DNA of 63,635 nucleotides, filler included, from Aduncisulcus paluster (GCA_024181965.1; 8 parts of 8 records of this genome joined end to end with filler, not necessarily neighbours in it), one strand, 5' to 3'. Numbered from the whole stretch's first letter, positions 1 to 12,000 are shown. A program made the numbers and translations. Notes: generated by a model from the sequence alone, not told the origin.

Positions 1-3000
1 TCTCCACAGTTTGGCGAGCATTTGTGGCTGACAATTCGGTCAACTCTTTCTCAAGTTGTTCCAATTGACCCCGTTGAGCTCCAAAATCTGTTTTATGTTG
101 AGATTCCCGCTTGGTTGCATCGCTAAGACGTTTTTGGAGCCTTTTCATCTTCACAAATCGTTCTGTTGAGAGTCTTTCGGAATGTGGCAGATCCGCCTTC
201 ATTCTTCCAATTCTCTCAATGAGCCGAGTGTTATTTTCGGATTCATGTTTCAGACGTCCCTCAAGTTCCTTAATTCTTGTTGAATAATGAGTCTGATATT
301 TCTTTGATTGTTCGAGTAATTGGACCACCGATTCATATTTCGATAACATTTTCTCCAACTCTTCATCTCTTTCAACTTTGTATGATTTGATAAAGCTCAG
401 GAGCTTCTCTTTTTCCACAGAAAATGTGTCAGCCTGAGTATGTTTTTGATCACGATATTTGGCTTTATCCTTTTTCAATTGCTCAATTTTAATAGAGAGA
501 GAGTGAATCTTGGAGGCATGTTGAACTTGAATAGATTCCAATTCCGAAGCAAGTGTTGCAATTCGTTCCTCAAGAACTCGACGTTCACTGGAAAATAGTT
601 CTTTTTGAGAATCTAACTCAGATCGGAGAGTTGTTTGGATTTCATCGGATTGAATATTCTCTTTCTGGTGCTCTTGGATTATCAAGTCATGTTGTTCTGA
701 TAAGACAGTGATTTTATCTTCAAGCTTTGACTTTTCTTTCTCAAATTCTATTTTTGTCTGTTCCAATTTCTCCTTTTCTTCCTCCAGAGCCGTCTTATCA
801 GAAATAATACTTTCTTCACGTTGCTTTATACTTTCAATTTGCTGCTCCATTTCCTCATGTTTCTTGACTTTCAGCATTTCACACTCTTCTTGCAGTTGAG
901 AGATTCTTGTATCAAATTCAGATTGTGCTTCAGACAATTCTGTCTTGATATTCTCCTGGAATAACGTCAAAGCAGTTCGTAAAGATTCAGAACATTCGGA
1001 GAGACGGGTTTTTTCTTCAATAGATGACATTGCAAGCTCGTATTTGGTTGTGAGTTGTTCATAATTGGATGTCAACTCTGCAAGTTGGTCAGAGAGAGTA
1101 TCCACTTGCCCATGTTGATGTGATAGTTCATCTTGGAGCTGTGCTTGGGACTTTTTATGGGTCAAAATGGAATGGTCAGCTTCTTTCTGGGTCTGCTCAA
1201 AAGCAAGGCACTTATCTTCGAGCAATTTCACCTGTTTCTCAAAATCTTCACTCCTACGTTTCTCTTCTTTAAGCTGAATGACAAGGGAATTTGATGTTTC
1301 TTTCTGGATAGAGAGAGATTGAGTCATATCGTATAGGGAATCTTGTAACCTTTCTTTCTCAGACGAAAGGAGACTGACCGCGTCTCTATCTCCTTTCTTA
1401 CGCTCAGAAAGTTCGTTGATGCTGACTTGAAGCCTCTTGATCTCAGCAAGAGCCGCATCACGATCGGACATGACTTGACGTGAGCGACGTTCCTCATCCT
1501 CATAGTTCACACGAAGATCCTCCGATTCCTTCAAGGAGGTTTCAAGATCGGATTTAGTGGATGCAAGTAACCGTTTTAAACCATCAATTTCTTCATCTGA
1601 TTTTTTTCGAAGTTGATTTGTTTGAACTTCTGCAGATTCTTTAAAAGTAGCCAATTCTATTTCACTCTCATTAATTTTTGAAGTTAAATGGCTAATTTCT
1701 TCTTCAAGTTTTGTCCTTTCATCGATCCATTCATGTTGACTCTGCTCCTTCTCTTCCTCTCTTGTTTTATGGATATCTCGAATATCATCTCGGCAAGCGA
1801 CAAGATCACCTTGTATTTTCTTGATTTCTTCATCTTTTAGCTCTAGATTATGTTGAGATTCTGCCAATCTGTGTTGAGATTCGCCAAGTTCAAATTGGGC
1901 ACCTTCAAGAGTTGTCTTAAGCTCATCATTATCCCTTTTTAGCCGTACAACCCGAGATTCACTATCGGCCAGCCGTGTCCGCAGGTCTTCAACATTGTCA
2001 CTTTTCTNNNNNNNNNNNNNNNNNNNNCCTTGTATTTTCTTGATTTCTTCATCTTTTAGCTCTAGATTATGTTGAGATTCTGCCAATCTGTGTTGAGATT
2101 CGCCAAGTTCAAATTGGGCACCTTCAAGAGTTGTCTTAAGCTCATCATTATCCCTTTTTAGCCGTACAACCCGAGATTCACTATCGGCCAGCCGTGTCCG
2201 CAGGTCTTCAACATTGTCACTTTTCTCAGACAAAGTGGAAGAATGTTTTTGAACTTCGGCAGTGAGAGAAGTTATCTTATCCTGCAAAATGGAGTTAGTC
2301 GATTCACTGGTGGCAAGCTCAATCCGAAGAGAGGCAAGTTCTTTCGAAAGCTCAGCATTTTTGGTCTCTAGAGTATCTATTTCGTACTCATCAACTGTTT
2401 TCTCATATGTGGATAACAAAAGTTTGTAATGATCAAGCTGAGATTCCAAAAGAATACAATTCCGGCATTGTTTTGATGTAGTCTCTCCTTCTTCTTCCTT
2501 GCAAACAATACCAATCTCAGGAATAGCATCTATGGATCTTGGGGGTGGTAATTGATCAAGAAAATCATCCATGTTATCTAGTTCATGCCCATCCATGTAA
2601 TCAGAAGCCGTTTCGGTCAGTTCTGCACCTTCTGATGAACTATACTCTATATAAAATTTATAAGAAACAAATCCAGCATATTTCGAACTTGATTTTTCTG
2701 CAGTTTCGACATCAATCTCATTGATCATTGGTCCACCGATGGATTCCCAATGTTCTTCTGCAAGGCTAAGGATTGAACAGACGACACGAGGGAGATTAGC
2801 ACGATCAACAATATCTTCGGGATCAAAAACCTTAAATGGAGAAACAAGAGGTGCTTTTTGGTATTTATCTTTACAATAATTAATAAATTTAACTAAATCA
2901 GCCCTCCAAAAACTTCGATTCGATATGGAAGAAGAAGAAATATCTTTAGAGTGAAAATCTCTTTCAACAATAGAAATAATGGCCAATAATAATTTTCCAT

Positions 3001-3172
3001 TTGCTAAAGGATAATAACAATCATATGTTTTCCCATCATATGCATTAGGAGACTCAATAAATGGAATACTGTGGAAAAAAGCAAATCGTTTAAGCCATAA
3101 ATACAATTTGATTGAGGATATAATATATTCCCTTTCTTTGAGTTGTTGAATCCTCTTTTCTATGTCTGACAT
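1..3172 (-). CDS. Calponin-homology (CH) domain plus long coiled-coil cytoskeletal protein, 3'-partial (runs off the window)
   Basis: Absent from the ORF track because there is no stop in the window. Manual translation from ATG at 3172 gives MSDIEKRIQQLKERE...LYLWLKRF...PLANGKLLLAIISIV...DLVKFINYC...VFDPEDIVDRANLPRVVCSILSLA, a CH-domain pattern. E/K/L/Q-rich heptad-like sequence follows. The 199-bp duplication around the gap at 2008-2027 keeps the frame. Confidence 0.8.
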   Translation of the reverse strand, partial: MSDIEKRIQQLKEREYIISSIKLYLWLKRFAFFHSIPFIESPNAYDGKTYDCYYPLANGKLLLAIISIVERDFHSKDISSSSISNRSFWRADLVKFINYCKDKYQKAPLVSPFKVFDPEDIVDRANLPRVVCSILSLAEEHWESIGGPMINEIDVETAEKSSSKYAGFVSYKFYIEYSSSEGAELTETASDYMDGHELDNMDDFLDQLPPPRSIDAIPEIGIVCKEEEGETTSKQCRNCILLESQLDHYKLLLSTYEKTVDEYEIDTLETKNAELSKELASLRIELATSESTNSILQDKITSLTAEVQKHSSTLSEKSDNVEDLRTRLADSESRVVRLKRDNDELKTTLEGAQFELGESQHRLAESQHNLELKDEEIKKIQXXXXXXXXKSDNVEDLRTRLADSESRVVRLKRDNDELKTTLEGAQFELGESQHRLAESQHNLELKDEEIKKIQGDLVACRDDIRDIHKTREEEKEQSQHEWIDERTKLEEEISHLTSKINESEIELATFKESAEVQTNQLRKKSDEEIDGLKRLLASTKSDLETSLKESEDLRVNYEDEERRSRQVMSDRDAALAEIKRLQVSINELSERKKGDRDAVSLLSSEKERLQDSLYDMTQSLSIQKETSNSLVIQLKEEKRRSEDFEKQVKLLEDKCLAFEQTQKEADHSILTHKKSQAQLQDELSHQHGQVDTLSDQLAELTSNYEQLTTKYELAMSSIEEKTRLSECSESLRTALTLFQENIKTELSEAQSEFDTRISQLQEECEMLKVKKHEEMEQQIESIKQREESIISDKTALEEEKEKLEQTKIEFEKEKSKLEDKITVLSEQHDLIIQEHQKENIQSDEIQTTLRSELDSQKELFSSERRVLEERIATLASELESIQVQHASKIHSLSIKIEQLKKDKAKYRDQKHTQADTFSVEKEKLLSFIKSYKVERDEELEKMLSKYESVVQLLEQSKKYQTHYSTRIKELEGRLKHESENNTRLIERIGRMKADLPHSERLSTERFVKMKRLQKRLSDATKRESQHKTDFGAQRGQLEQLEKELTELSATNARQTVE

Positions 3173-3469
3173 GATGGGATCCGTGCAAAAATGCGAAAAG
3201 AAAAGAAATTCTATAAATCCAATGAAAATTCAAAATCGAAGCATGAAATTATTGAATAAGTATATTATTCAATTAAACAATACCTGTTATGAGGAGAACT
3301 CGCACAACTTATGCTTGAAGCTACCGTAGCTTAATGTGACATTAAACTTATTTCTTTATTAATAAATTGCATTTTATTTAACAATTAGCTGATAAATTAG
3401 ATGTGAAAAACAGAGATACTCAAGAAATAAATGTGCGATACAATGACAACAACAGATTAACAACACTCA

Positions 3470-3676
3470 TTACTTCCTACCCTTGTGTCCCTTTCCCTTT
3501 TTGTGTCCTTTGTCCTTCCCGAAGGCGAAACCATGTCCCTCTTTCTTGTGTCCCTTGCCTTTTCCTTTTCCTCCGAAGAACTTGTGAATGAACTTAACAT
3601 CCTCCTTGTTCTTTCCAAAAGAGCAAACACCTAAGAGACCCAACACAACAAGTATAATGATGATAGTAACGATCAT
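3470..3676 (-). CDS. Small protein (68 aa): N-terminal hydrophobic signal/anchor plus Lys/Gly/His-rich tail
   Basis: ATG-to-TAA ORF forming a GC-richer island in AT-rich flanks. MIVTIIIILVVLGLLGVC is followed by repeated KGHKK/GKG units. Confidence 0.6.
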   Translation of the reverse strand: MIVTIIIILVVLGLLGVCSFGKNKEDVKFIHKFFGGKGKGKGHKKEGHGFAFGKDKGHKKGKGHKGRK

Positions 3677-4007
3677 TTTGTTCTAATAAAATAAATGTAT
3701 TTTCAACAAATGTAGCAAAAACGAAAAAACATTAACATGTCAATATCGTCTTCGTAAAATTGGAATAAAATTTTTGAAAGTGTGTACTTAAGTCAATATT
3801 CAGAAACAATATTAATTTTATAAAATGAAAACTCTATTGAATAACGATAAACAGAAACTTCTATTTTTGAAGAAAATGTGGATTTATGCAGAAACTGATG
3901 ATAAAAATGAGTTTTTTTATTAACATACAATTAATAAATAAAACGTGAAAGAGAGATAAATACTTATAGCAGGGTTGTAGGACCCGGTCCACAGTCACTG
4001 TGGACAT

Positions 4008-4466
4008 GGCAGTAGTCAGTTTTGCCGGTACCGGCAGTTGCCGGTACCTAAGATATCTTTAGCTACACCCATTACAGAAATAAAAACCCATAAATCTTTC
4101 ATAATTTCAACAAATTTAATAGAAAATAGAAAAAATAGTTGAAAATTCCCTTCGCGCAGGCGAGAACATTTTGCCGGTATTGTTCATATCGCCAATTTCG
4201 GTCAAAAATACCGTTAAAATGTTATCGCCTTGAATATAGATTAAATTCATAATAAAACCTCTAAATTCTTTATAACTTTTGTATATTTATGGCTAAAACT
4301 TCATTAAAAATGAAAATAATAGGTCAAGAAGCCAGCAAAAACAAAACTTTCAAAAAAATACAAAAATAACCAATAAAAGCAGATTTTATTATAATAATTT
4401 TGTATATTAATCATATTTATATCCGAGAATAATGATTATTAAAAATATTATTGATTGGTGCGCAAG
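4008..4466. repeat. 459-bp repeat unit, copy 1 (putative 5' end of a mobile element)
   Basis: Reads identically to 5451-5909. It begins GGCAGTAGTCAGTTTTGCCGGTACCGGCA, which contains the palindrome TGCCGGTACCGGCA. Confidence 0.9.
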
Positions 4467-4606
4467 TGTTGACTATATGTTTTTTGCCCACTATTTTCTT
4501 TTTGCCTTTATTTTTTCCTGTTTGGAGCATGTCTTGCCCAATTACCGGCTAAACCGGGATTTACCGAATAAACTAACTTGAAAAACAAGATGAAGATGGG
4601 ATAAGT
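4467..4606. repeat. 140-bp repeat unit, copy 1
   Basis: TGTTGACTATATG...GGGATAAGT, matching 5058-5197. It is absent at the equivalent junction 5909/5910 of the second 459-bp copy. Confidence 0.85.
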
Positions 4607-4653
4607 ATAGATAATGGATGAAGACAAACTAGCNNNNNNNNNNNNNNNNNNNN

Positions 4654-4826
4654 CCTCCAAAGAAGGTGACAAAGCTGTCTATATGACGAGGCTGAGGCTA
4701 CTTCGGAGACGCATCGGACAAGCTGTGCTCATGAGAGCATTTGGATCGGCTGACAAGGCCATATCCAAACTTCTCGACAGAGCTGGCTTTACCAAGAGAG
4801 CCAGAGCTTCGATGGCGTTTCTCTAG
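4654..4826 (+). mobile_element. C-terminal ORF fragment, possibly the end of an RLE-type non-LTR retrotransposon ORF
   Basis: GC-richer coding-like fragment after the gap, ...TRLRLLRRRIGQAVLMRAFGS...* , loosely like the terminal helix after restriction-like endonuclease domains. Weak similarity only. Confidence 0.3.
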
Positions 4827-5057
4827 TATGCTTATCCCTAGAATAGTTTCCTAAGATAACTCCTAAGGCTTCCCACACAGTTTTCTATCCCTCCAATGAT
4901 ATTCTTTCTATCTCAATAACATTTCCTCCACTAAGACTTTCTTTACCTATCATTAAACAATCTATATCAGCTATTGATTGGTACTTTAAGCTTGCCAACT
5001 CCTATATATTGATAATCCCTATTAGAATGTTTTTAATCTCTACTCTATATGATTTGT

Positions 5058-5197
5058 TGTTGACTATATGTTTTTTGCCCACTATTTTCTTTTTGCCTTT
5101 ATTTTTTCCTGTTTGGAGCATGTCTTGCCCAATTACCGGCTAAACCGGGATTTACCGAATAAACTAACTTGAAAAACAAGATGAAGATGGGATAAGT
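5058..5197. repeat. 140-bp repeat unit, copy 2
   Basis: Matches 4467-4606 with different flanks and no clear target-site duplication. Confidence 0.85.
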
Positions 5198-5450
5198 GAA
5201 AATATGATTAGAATAATTAGAGTGTTGGTTGAAAATGTTCTGTCAATTCGAAATAGTTTTTTCCCCTTAATTTCACCATTTCTAGCCAGGATGATAGCTC
5301 TTGGCATATCTAAAACCTTGAAACACGCTTTCGTAAAACATATCCTTATGACTTGCCGCCATATTGCATTTGCCACTGATGATTCCACCAAGAACTCCCT
5401 CTTATCCCTTCTTCTCCCTCACATCTTACCTTGGATGAAGAAGTATCCTG

Positions 5451-5909
5451 GGCAGTAGTCAGTTTTGCCGGTACCGGCAGTTGCCGGTACCTAAGATATC
5501 TTTAGCTACACCCATTACAGAAATAAAAACCCATAAATCTTTCATAATTTCAACAAATTTAATAGAAAATAGAAAAAATAGTTGAAAATTCCCTTCGCGC
5601 AGGCGAGAACATTTTGCCGGTATTGTTCATATCGCCAATTTCGGTCAAAAATACCGTTAAAATGTTATCGCCTTGAATATAGATTAAATTCATAATAAAA
5701 CCTCTAAATTCTTTATAACTTTTGTATATTTATGGCTAAAACTTCATTAAAAATGAAAATAATAGGTCAAGAAGCCAGCAAAAACAAAACTTTCAAAAAA
5801 ATACAAAAATAACCAATAAAAGCAGATTTTATTATAATAATTTTGTATATTAATCATATTTATATCCGAGAATAATGATTATTAAAAATATTATTGATTG
5901 GTGCGCAAG
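5451..5909. repeat. 459-bp repeat unit, copy 2
   Basis: Matches 4008-4466. It directly precedes the OTU ORF and cuts off the short ORF that starts at 5204. Confidence 0.9.
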
Positions 5910-5916
5910 ATAGATA

Positions 5917-6148
5917 ATGGATGAAGACAAACTAGCTAAACATCATGGAATCACAATTGAAAACGTTCCAGGAGATGGATATTGCTTATATCATGCCTTT
6001 TTAAAGGCAACTCAACAGCATATAAAGTTCCATTCGCTCCGAGACATGGTGCATGAGGAAAAAGCGTTGAAGAAAGAACTTGAGGAAGAAGGAGACGTTG
6101 ATCAAGGTACAAAAATCATTCAGGGAGCAATTGAATCCCTTGCACGAA
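5917..6148 (+). CDS. OTU-like cysteine protease domain protein, 3'-partial, probably element-encoded
   Basis: ITIENVPGDGYCLYHAF...SLRDMV matches the OTU catalytic motif VxGDGxCLF/Y and the downstream LR helix. The same start (MDEDKL) recurs at 4614. Confidence 0.8.
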
Positions 6149-6248
6149 NNNNNNNNNNNNNNNNNNNNNNNNNNNNNNNNNNNNNNNNNNNNTTAATTAA
6201 TTAANNNNNNNNNNNNNNNNNNNNNNNNNNNNNNNNNNNNNNNNNNNN
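6149..6248. other. Artificial contig spacer N-TTAATTAATTAA-N (12-mer also at 37483, 40152, 42447, 45836, 48221, 56607)
   Basis: The identical 12-mer with stops in all six frames sits inside N runs seven times and explains the '...XXXLIN' ORF ends. Confidence 0.98.
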
Positions 6249-8815
6249 GTTGGGGGGAAGATCTTGGGGAGGGATATGAATCATATTTTCGAGATATTCC
6301 AAAGCCAAGATTATCACCCATCTTGTCCAAAATGTGGAGAAAATCCTTTTCGGATGGGTCTTTCAGAACTGGATCTCCGGAAGTCCTTTTCATTGCCACT
6401 TTTGATGGATCGGGACGTGGAATTTGGGTTGATTTTGAAGAAGAATATTGATATTGATATTCATCCTGAGTGTTTTCCTTCCTATCTTTTTGAGGGCTTG
6501 AATGGGATTCACTGTAATCATAAACATAAGAATACTCACCTTCTCTTGGTTTAGATCTCAAGGAAGAATCGTCATCGTCACTCTCAGAGGATGAGATATC
6601 ATCCAGAGTAGAACAAGAGGCCTGAGTGGCAGTATCCTTCTCTGCACCATTCCCAACAACAGAGTCATCATCCATCACACTGTCACCATAGTCAATCACA
6701 CGCTCTTCTCCAGTGAGGACAGAATCAGAGGAATCATTTCGTTGACCATATCTATATCTGGTACGAAGACGGGAGGGACCATATGATACACCCCCAGCTA
6801 ATGAAGCAATGGTTCGTCGTAATCCTTGTTGAACATCGAGAAACTTCTTTTTTTCTTCCCATATTGAACGGTTTTCACTTATAAACCTTTGCAATTCATT
6901 ATTATACTGCTCTTGAGTGAGATAACATTCATTCCCTTCCTCATCCAAATAAAACAACACCTCAAGTCCCCTTTCAATGCGAACTTTGACAGAGTCGAGT
7001 GGGAATGATGGTTGTTTAATCTTGTGCTGAGGAGGATTGATTGTTCCATGGATATGAGAATGGTGGTGCCTGGAATGCTGGTTGCGCTTTAATGGATTCT
7101 CGACACCGATATCAGCATCTCTTTTTGTTGGGGCGACAGCTTTTTTCTCAAGAATTTCCTTCTCTTTGGGTATTTTGACTTCAACATCCTTCAGTAGTTT
7201 TGTGCAAATAACTTCTCGTAGAACATCCATCTGAGAGAATAGGCGATTATACGAATAGAATGCAACATTATCTGTCCATTTTTGTTGGACAATGGAAGAG
7301 GAACCATGGGATTTCTCATTGGACACCGATCTTTTGTTACGACCTTCTCCCAGTTCTTCCTGCATTATATGATCACCTATATGACTTTTCTTTTCATCTT
7401 TCGTTGGAATACATTGAAGAATCTTTGAAGATTTCTTCCCGTGGCCACGAATTGTTGAGGCAAGAATGGGCATCATCAAAGGTGGCATGACAAACGAAGA
7501 AATTGTTCTAGAAAGCAAGAAACATGAAGAAGATGAAAAAGGAGACTTGCATTCGGGGAAAGTAAACTTAATGTGAGTATCATCATGTGAATCCTTTGTT
7601 TCATCCTGAGAAGAATGAAGCCTATCAGACTGGGCGACCATTCCTTGGGGAGATGGTTCTTGATGTTTTGACATCAACTTAGAACCACCTTGACGAAACA
7701 TATCTCGTTCTTTTTGCCACTCTTTGGCACGTTTTAGTTCTTGTTTCATTAAGAATTGTGGCTTTGATACATTTCGTTTCACAACACAGAGGACGGGAGT
7801 TCCAATATCAATAACATTCTTTTCTTTCTTTTTCTCGCCTCGTTTGATGGCTTTTCTTTGGATATGTTCGTATTCAAGGAGACCAGTCACCATGGGAAGA
7901 GAATTGGGAGGGAATGATGGAGTTGGCAATTGGTCATCAACAAGTTCATGNNNNNNNNNNNNNNNNNNNNGGGAAAGTAAACTTAATGTGAGTATCATCA
8001 TGTGAATCCTTTGTTTCATCCTGAGAAGAATGAAGCCTATCAGACTGGGCGACCATTCCTTGGGGAGATGGTTCTTGATGTTTTGACATCAACTTAGAAC
8101 CACCTTGACGAAACATATCTCGTTCTTTTTGCCACTCTTTGGCACGTTTTAGTTCTTGTTTCATTAAGAATTGTGGCTTTGATACATTTCGTTTCACAAC
8201 ACAGAGGACGGGAGTTCCAATATCAATAACATTCTTTTCTTTCTTTTTCTCGCCTCGTTTGATGGCTTTTCTTTGGATATGTTCGTATTCAAGGAGACCA
8301 GTCACCATGGGAAGAGAATTGGGAGGGAATGATGGAGTTGGCAATTGGTCATCAACAAGTTCATGATAATAATCAGCTACACGAGTAAATTTAACTTGTA
8401 TTACTTTCTTATCGCACGATGAAACCTCACCATACACAATTGAATCTCGAGAAAAAGCGTGAGGCTGATAACTTTCTGGATTAATTTGATATGCTAATTT
8501 AGATGGATATTTCTGCAATATACCATTGATTATAGAAGATCTTACAGATCCAATTAATGATTCGGGGTCTTTTTTAACTTGTAAGATACAGCAGTACAAT
8601 ACCTGTCCTTCCTTAACAATTTTACGTAAGGGAGGCAAACTAACAGAGTTACCACCAATTTGTTTGTCAATTAACGATGTTTTGTAGGAAAAGTAATCAC
8701 TAATTTCACTTCTAGAAACGAAAACAATTGTAGGGCCTGGAATAATCACTTCGATAAATTGGTTATGTATGTTATGTACTATACATAGGTAAATTTGTCC
8801 AGGTTTATATATCAT
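6249..8815 (-). CDS. S1-domain protein, Rrp5/PDCD11-like N-terminus, C-terminally truncated at the contig end
   Basis: GQIYLCIVHNI...VIIPG...VSRSEISDY...LPPLRKIVKEGQVLYCCI...SVRSSIIN fits the first Rrp5 S1 repeat, and further S1-like segments follow. ORFs 7946-8815 and 6193-8019 are one gene split by the duplication 7556-7950/7971-8365. Confidence 0.65.
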
Positions 8816-9001
8816 TCTTCATAGATGCTTTTCAAATTTGAGTTACAATATATTCTTCTAAGGGTGATTTTAAAATACATCGAAATGATTTTATTTTGGC
8901 AGAAAATACAATTAAATCGCAATATTGGAATATTTTTATTCTTGTATTTCAATAGACAAAGACAGAGCAAAGAAATTGATTTCAATCACAATTAATACAG
9001 C

Positions 9002-12000
9002 TTATTCTTTAGTATTTGCCTCAATTTTCTGTTGAACAATTGATTTCATCCCCAAATCAACGACACTTTCAAGCCAAGCCCTCTCAAGAACATGGGGTCC
9101 ATCAAAACACAACGATTCACAAATATCCGGACGTAAACTCCTCCAAACCTCGTGAGTAAACCGATATATCCAGAGGCATTGAGAAAGACCTTGGGTATGG
9201 TTTCTTTGTTTCTTAAAATGGGAATCTCGAATAGCAACAACAGAAGCATCTAGAATACACAATAGAAGTAGAGCATCAATTGACAAACCTCTTAAAACAT
9301 GAATAGATGAATAATCACAGGAATTACAGTAAATAATACGATTCAAAATCATTTTGTTTGTGTTCCACCATGAATTCTCAACAGAATAAAGAGGAGTCGA
9401 TAGAGGATCATCACAAGATATTCTAACTTTATCTTCCTGAGAAAGAATAAAAGATGGATCGTCTAACACCTTGCGAGAATCGTTCAACAAATCCCCACCA
9501 CCTTTCATCTTGATTTTTTCCAACATTTCTACATTCTCCCTATGGAATGGGACTGACATGCAACTGATTGGGGCACATTTCAACGAACTCACTGTCTGGA
9601 GCATTGTGATACAGCTTGAGGAGAAGATAGAAGAAGGGACATTGCACAAAATCAACTGTTTCATCAATGATTCCTTGGAATCTTCATCAGAAAGTCCGTC
9701 AACACAACACAATGCCCCAAAACATACATGTACGAGTGCATATGCTTGAATGTACTCCTCAGATAAGTGGGAACATGATGTGAGGATTCCAAAACAATAT
9801 AAGCACGCCAATTGAATTGCTTTCCTCGCTTCGCTCTCTCGCAGTGCCAATTCGCCTGATCTTTTCGAGAAGAGACAGGATGATATGGGCTCTGATGCTC
9901 CAGTCTCACTCTCGAGAACGATAGGAGAGATTCCATGTCTAAAACGAGTGAGCTTCAGGACAAACAATACCGTGGAGATCTTGAGAGCGTGACAGTGAAG
10001 GATTAACTCACGGTCTTTATGGATATGATCCTTGAGAATCAGGGAGGTCCCACTGTCAATGATTGCACAAATATGTTTCCAAGACACGACACCATCCTTC
10101 AGGAAAGTTTTGGATATTTCATAATTCGTCACTCGTTGACCATTAGAAATAGAGCCTAGGGTAGACGATACAAGGCTCTGGTTACCAATAAACATGTGAG
10201 GGTTGGAGTGTGTTAGAATATCACGCAGAGAGTACATGAATTCATACACAGTAGATTCTGGCATAGAATTGAATGTTAACTTATTCATACGAGGTAACCT
10301 TGGAATTTGTGTTGGAAGTAGACTGATTTTAGTTGATTTTAACGGCATATTCTTTGGTTTTGGAGATGATCCAAGTCTGGAGACATGATCTGTGGAGTGA
10401 GAAGGAGTGTCAGGAGATGAGGGACTGTGAGGAAGGCTAACTCTGGATTGGAATTCACCATTGGCATTCATATAATTGAATAATGCCAAGGGCGACACCT
10501 TAAAGAAAGGAGATAGTCGTAAAATGGCTGGGAATATGGATATTTTGGAGAATGACGAGTGTGAGTATGTCGATAAGCATAATAATGAGTTAAATAAATG
10601 TCTAACAATGCCTGATGGGAGTGGATTTGAGTACTGTTGAACAGAAAAGACAAGGGAGATGAAGGGGGATTTACAATGTTTCCTAGATCTCGCTATTTCC
10701 TCTTGTCTCTCTTGTTCTTCCAGAATCTTGTACAATTCTTCTTCATCATCAATTTCTTCATCATTAGCTTCTTCTTCTTCTTCTTCTTCACGAGATTGAT
10801 CCTTGGACCTTGACTTTGACTCTTCATCGCCTTTGACTCCAGTCTGAGAGGAATCAGCTTCTAGGTTCTTTGAGATATTATGGATCGACAGAGCAAGCAA
10901 TATGCACTCCACCCATGAATCAAGAGAAAGGTATCCATCGGTTCCAAGCTGTTGATAACATTCACCCTCAGAAATATCAATGGATGGAATCGAACCACTG
11001 GTTTCTCCTTCCTTTGGGATCTTAACAGTCGTTTTCTTGGTCTCAATTCCAGAGGAATGAGTGGAAATCAACAAACCGCGTTTCAAGATATCGATCACAT
11101 AGAATGCCTCTCGCTCACTGCCAAAGAGTCTTGATATCTCATCAATGTAAGTCTGTATAAATGAGATTCGTTTATCCATTTCACCTGGAAGTCTCATTGT
11201 GAGAATTAACGACTGATTGAAGGCATATAATAGGTTTAGTGAATCAAGACAATAAACCATTTTGTTCGTCAAACACTTGAAACACATACATTCAGGGCTA
11301 TCCTTACATAAATTAAGGGTTCCCAATACCTCAGTGTCATACTTAATGCCCTCGGAGAGTGATAGGAACACAGGGATGGGGAATAAGATTGAAAATATAG
11401 TCGATTCTGGGAGACACATTGACACTGATCGAATGTAATCTGTTGAACATTGAATAAGATGCTCTAAATCGGTATCGGTATGGCATGGAAAGATCATTGG
11501 GAAAATATCTGGATCACACAGAGGTCGTTCAGCTTGCTCAAGTCCCTTATAAGCACACACGTCAAACACATATTCACAAACTCGTGAGAAAATGGCTCGT
11601 TTCAACATGTTCTGAGTTGATATGACTTCCAAAAGAGTATCCATTAGGCATACATAGGAATAAATTGACTCTAGCTCATCTGACCATCCAGATTGCTTTG
11701 TTTTCTTAGATTTATGAAGGTGAGACGAATGAGAAAGCTTGGCTTGCTCCATGAGGGTGTGACGTTGCCATTCACATGCGCCTTTACACTCCTTCCAGGA
11801 TCTCTGAGCCTCCTTGAGTGAGTCGGAGCAACTCATTGGATCAAAGAAAGAGCTGGCAAAAAGGTCTCGCTCGCATTGTAGAAGGAGAGAGTAAAATTTG
11901 GAGGACATTTCTGAGCATAAGAAAGGGAAATGCTCCTCTATATTGAAAAAACCAGTGATATACTGTACTATACAATGCATGGAGATGTGTTGTTGTTCAT

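Noticed and set aside
708..2724. Short plus-strand ORFs here, and the many 60-150 aa ORFs overlapping long genes elsewhere
   Set aside because: Antisense or off-frame shadows of longer, better-supported CDSs.
3959..4010. ATACTTA... resembling the U1 snRNA 5' end
   Set aside because: It lacks ACTTACC, the U1-70K loop and a properly placed Sm site.
6149..6248. Recurrent TTAATTAATTAA motif and ORFs ending in LIN
   Set aside because: Artificial six-frame-stop spacer between concatenated contigs; adjacency across it has no biological meaning.
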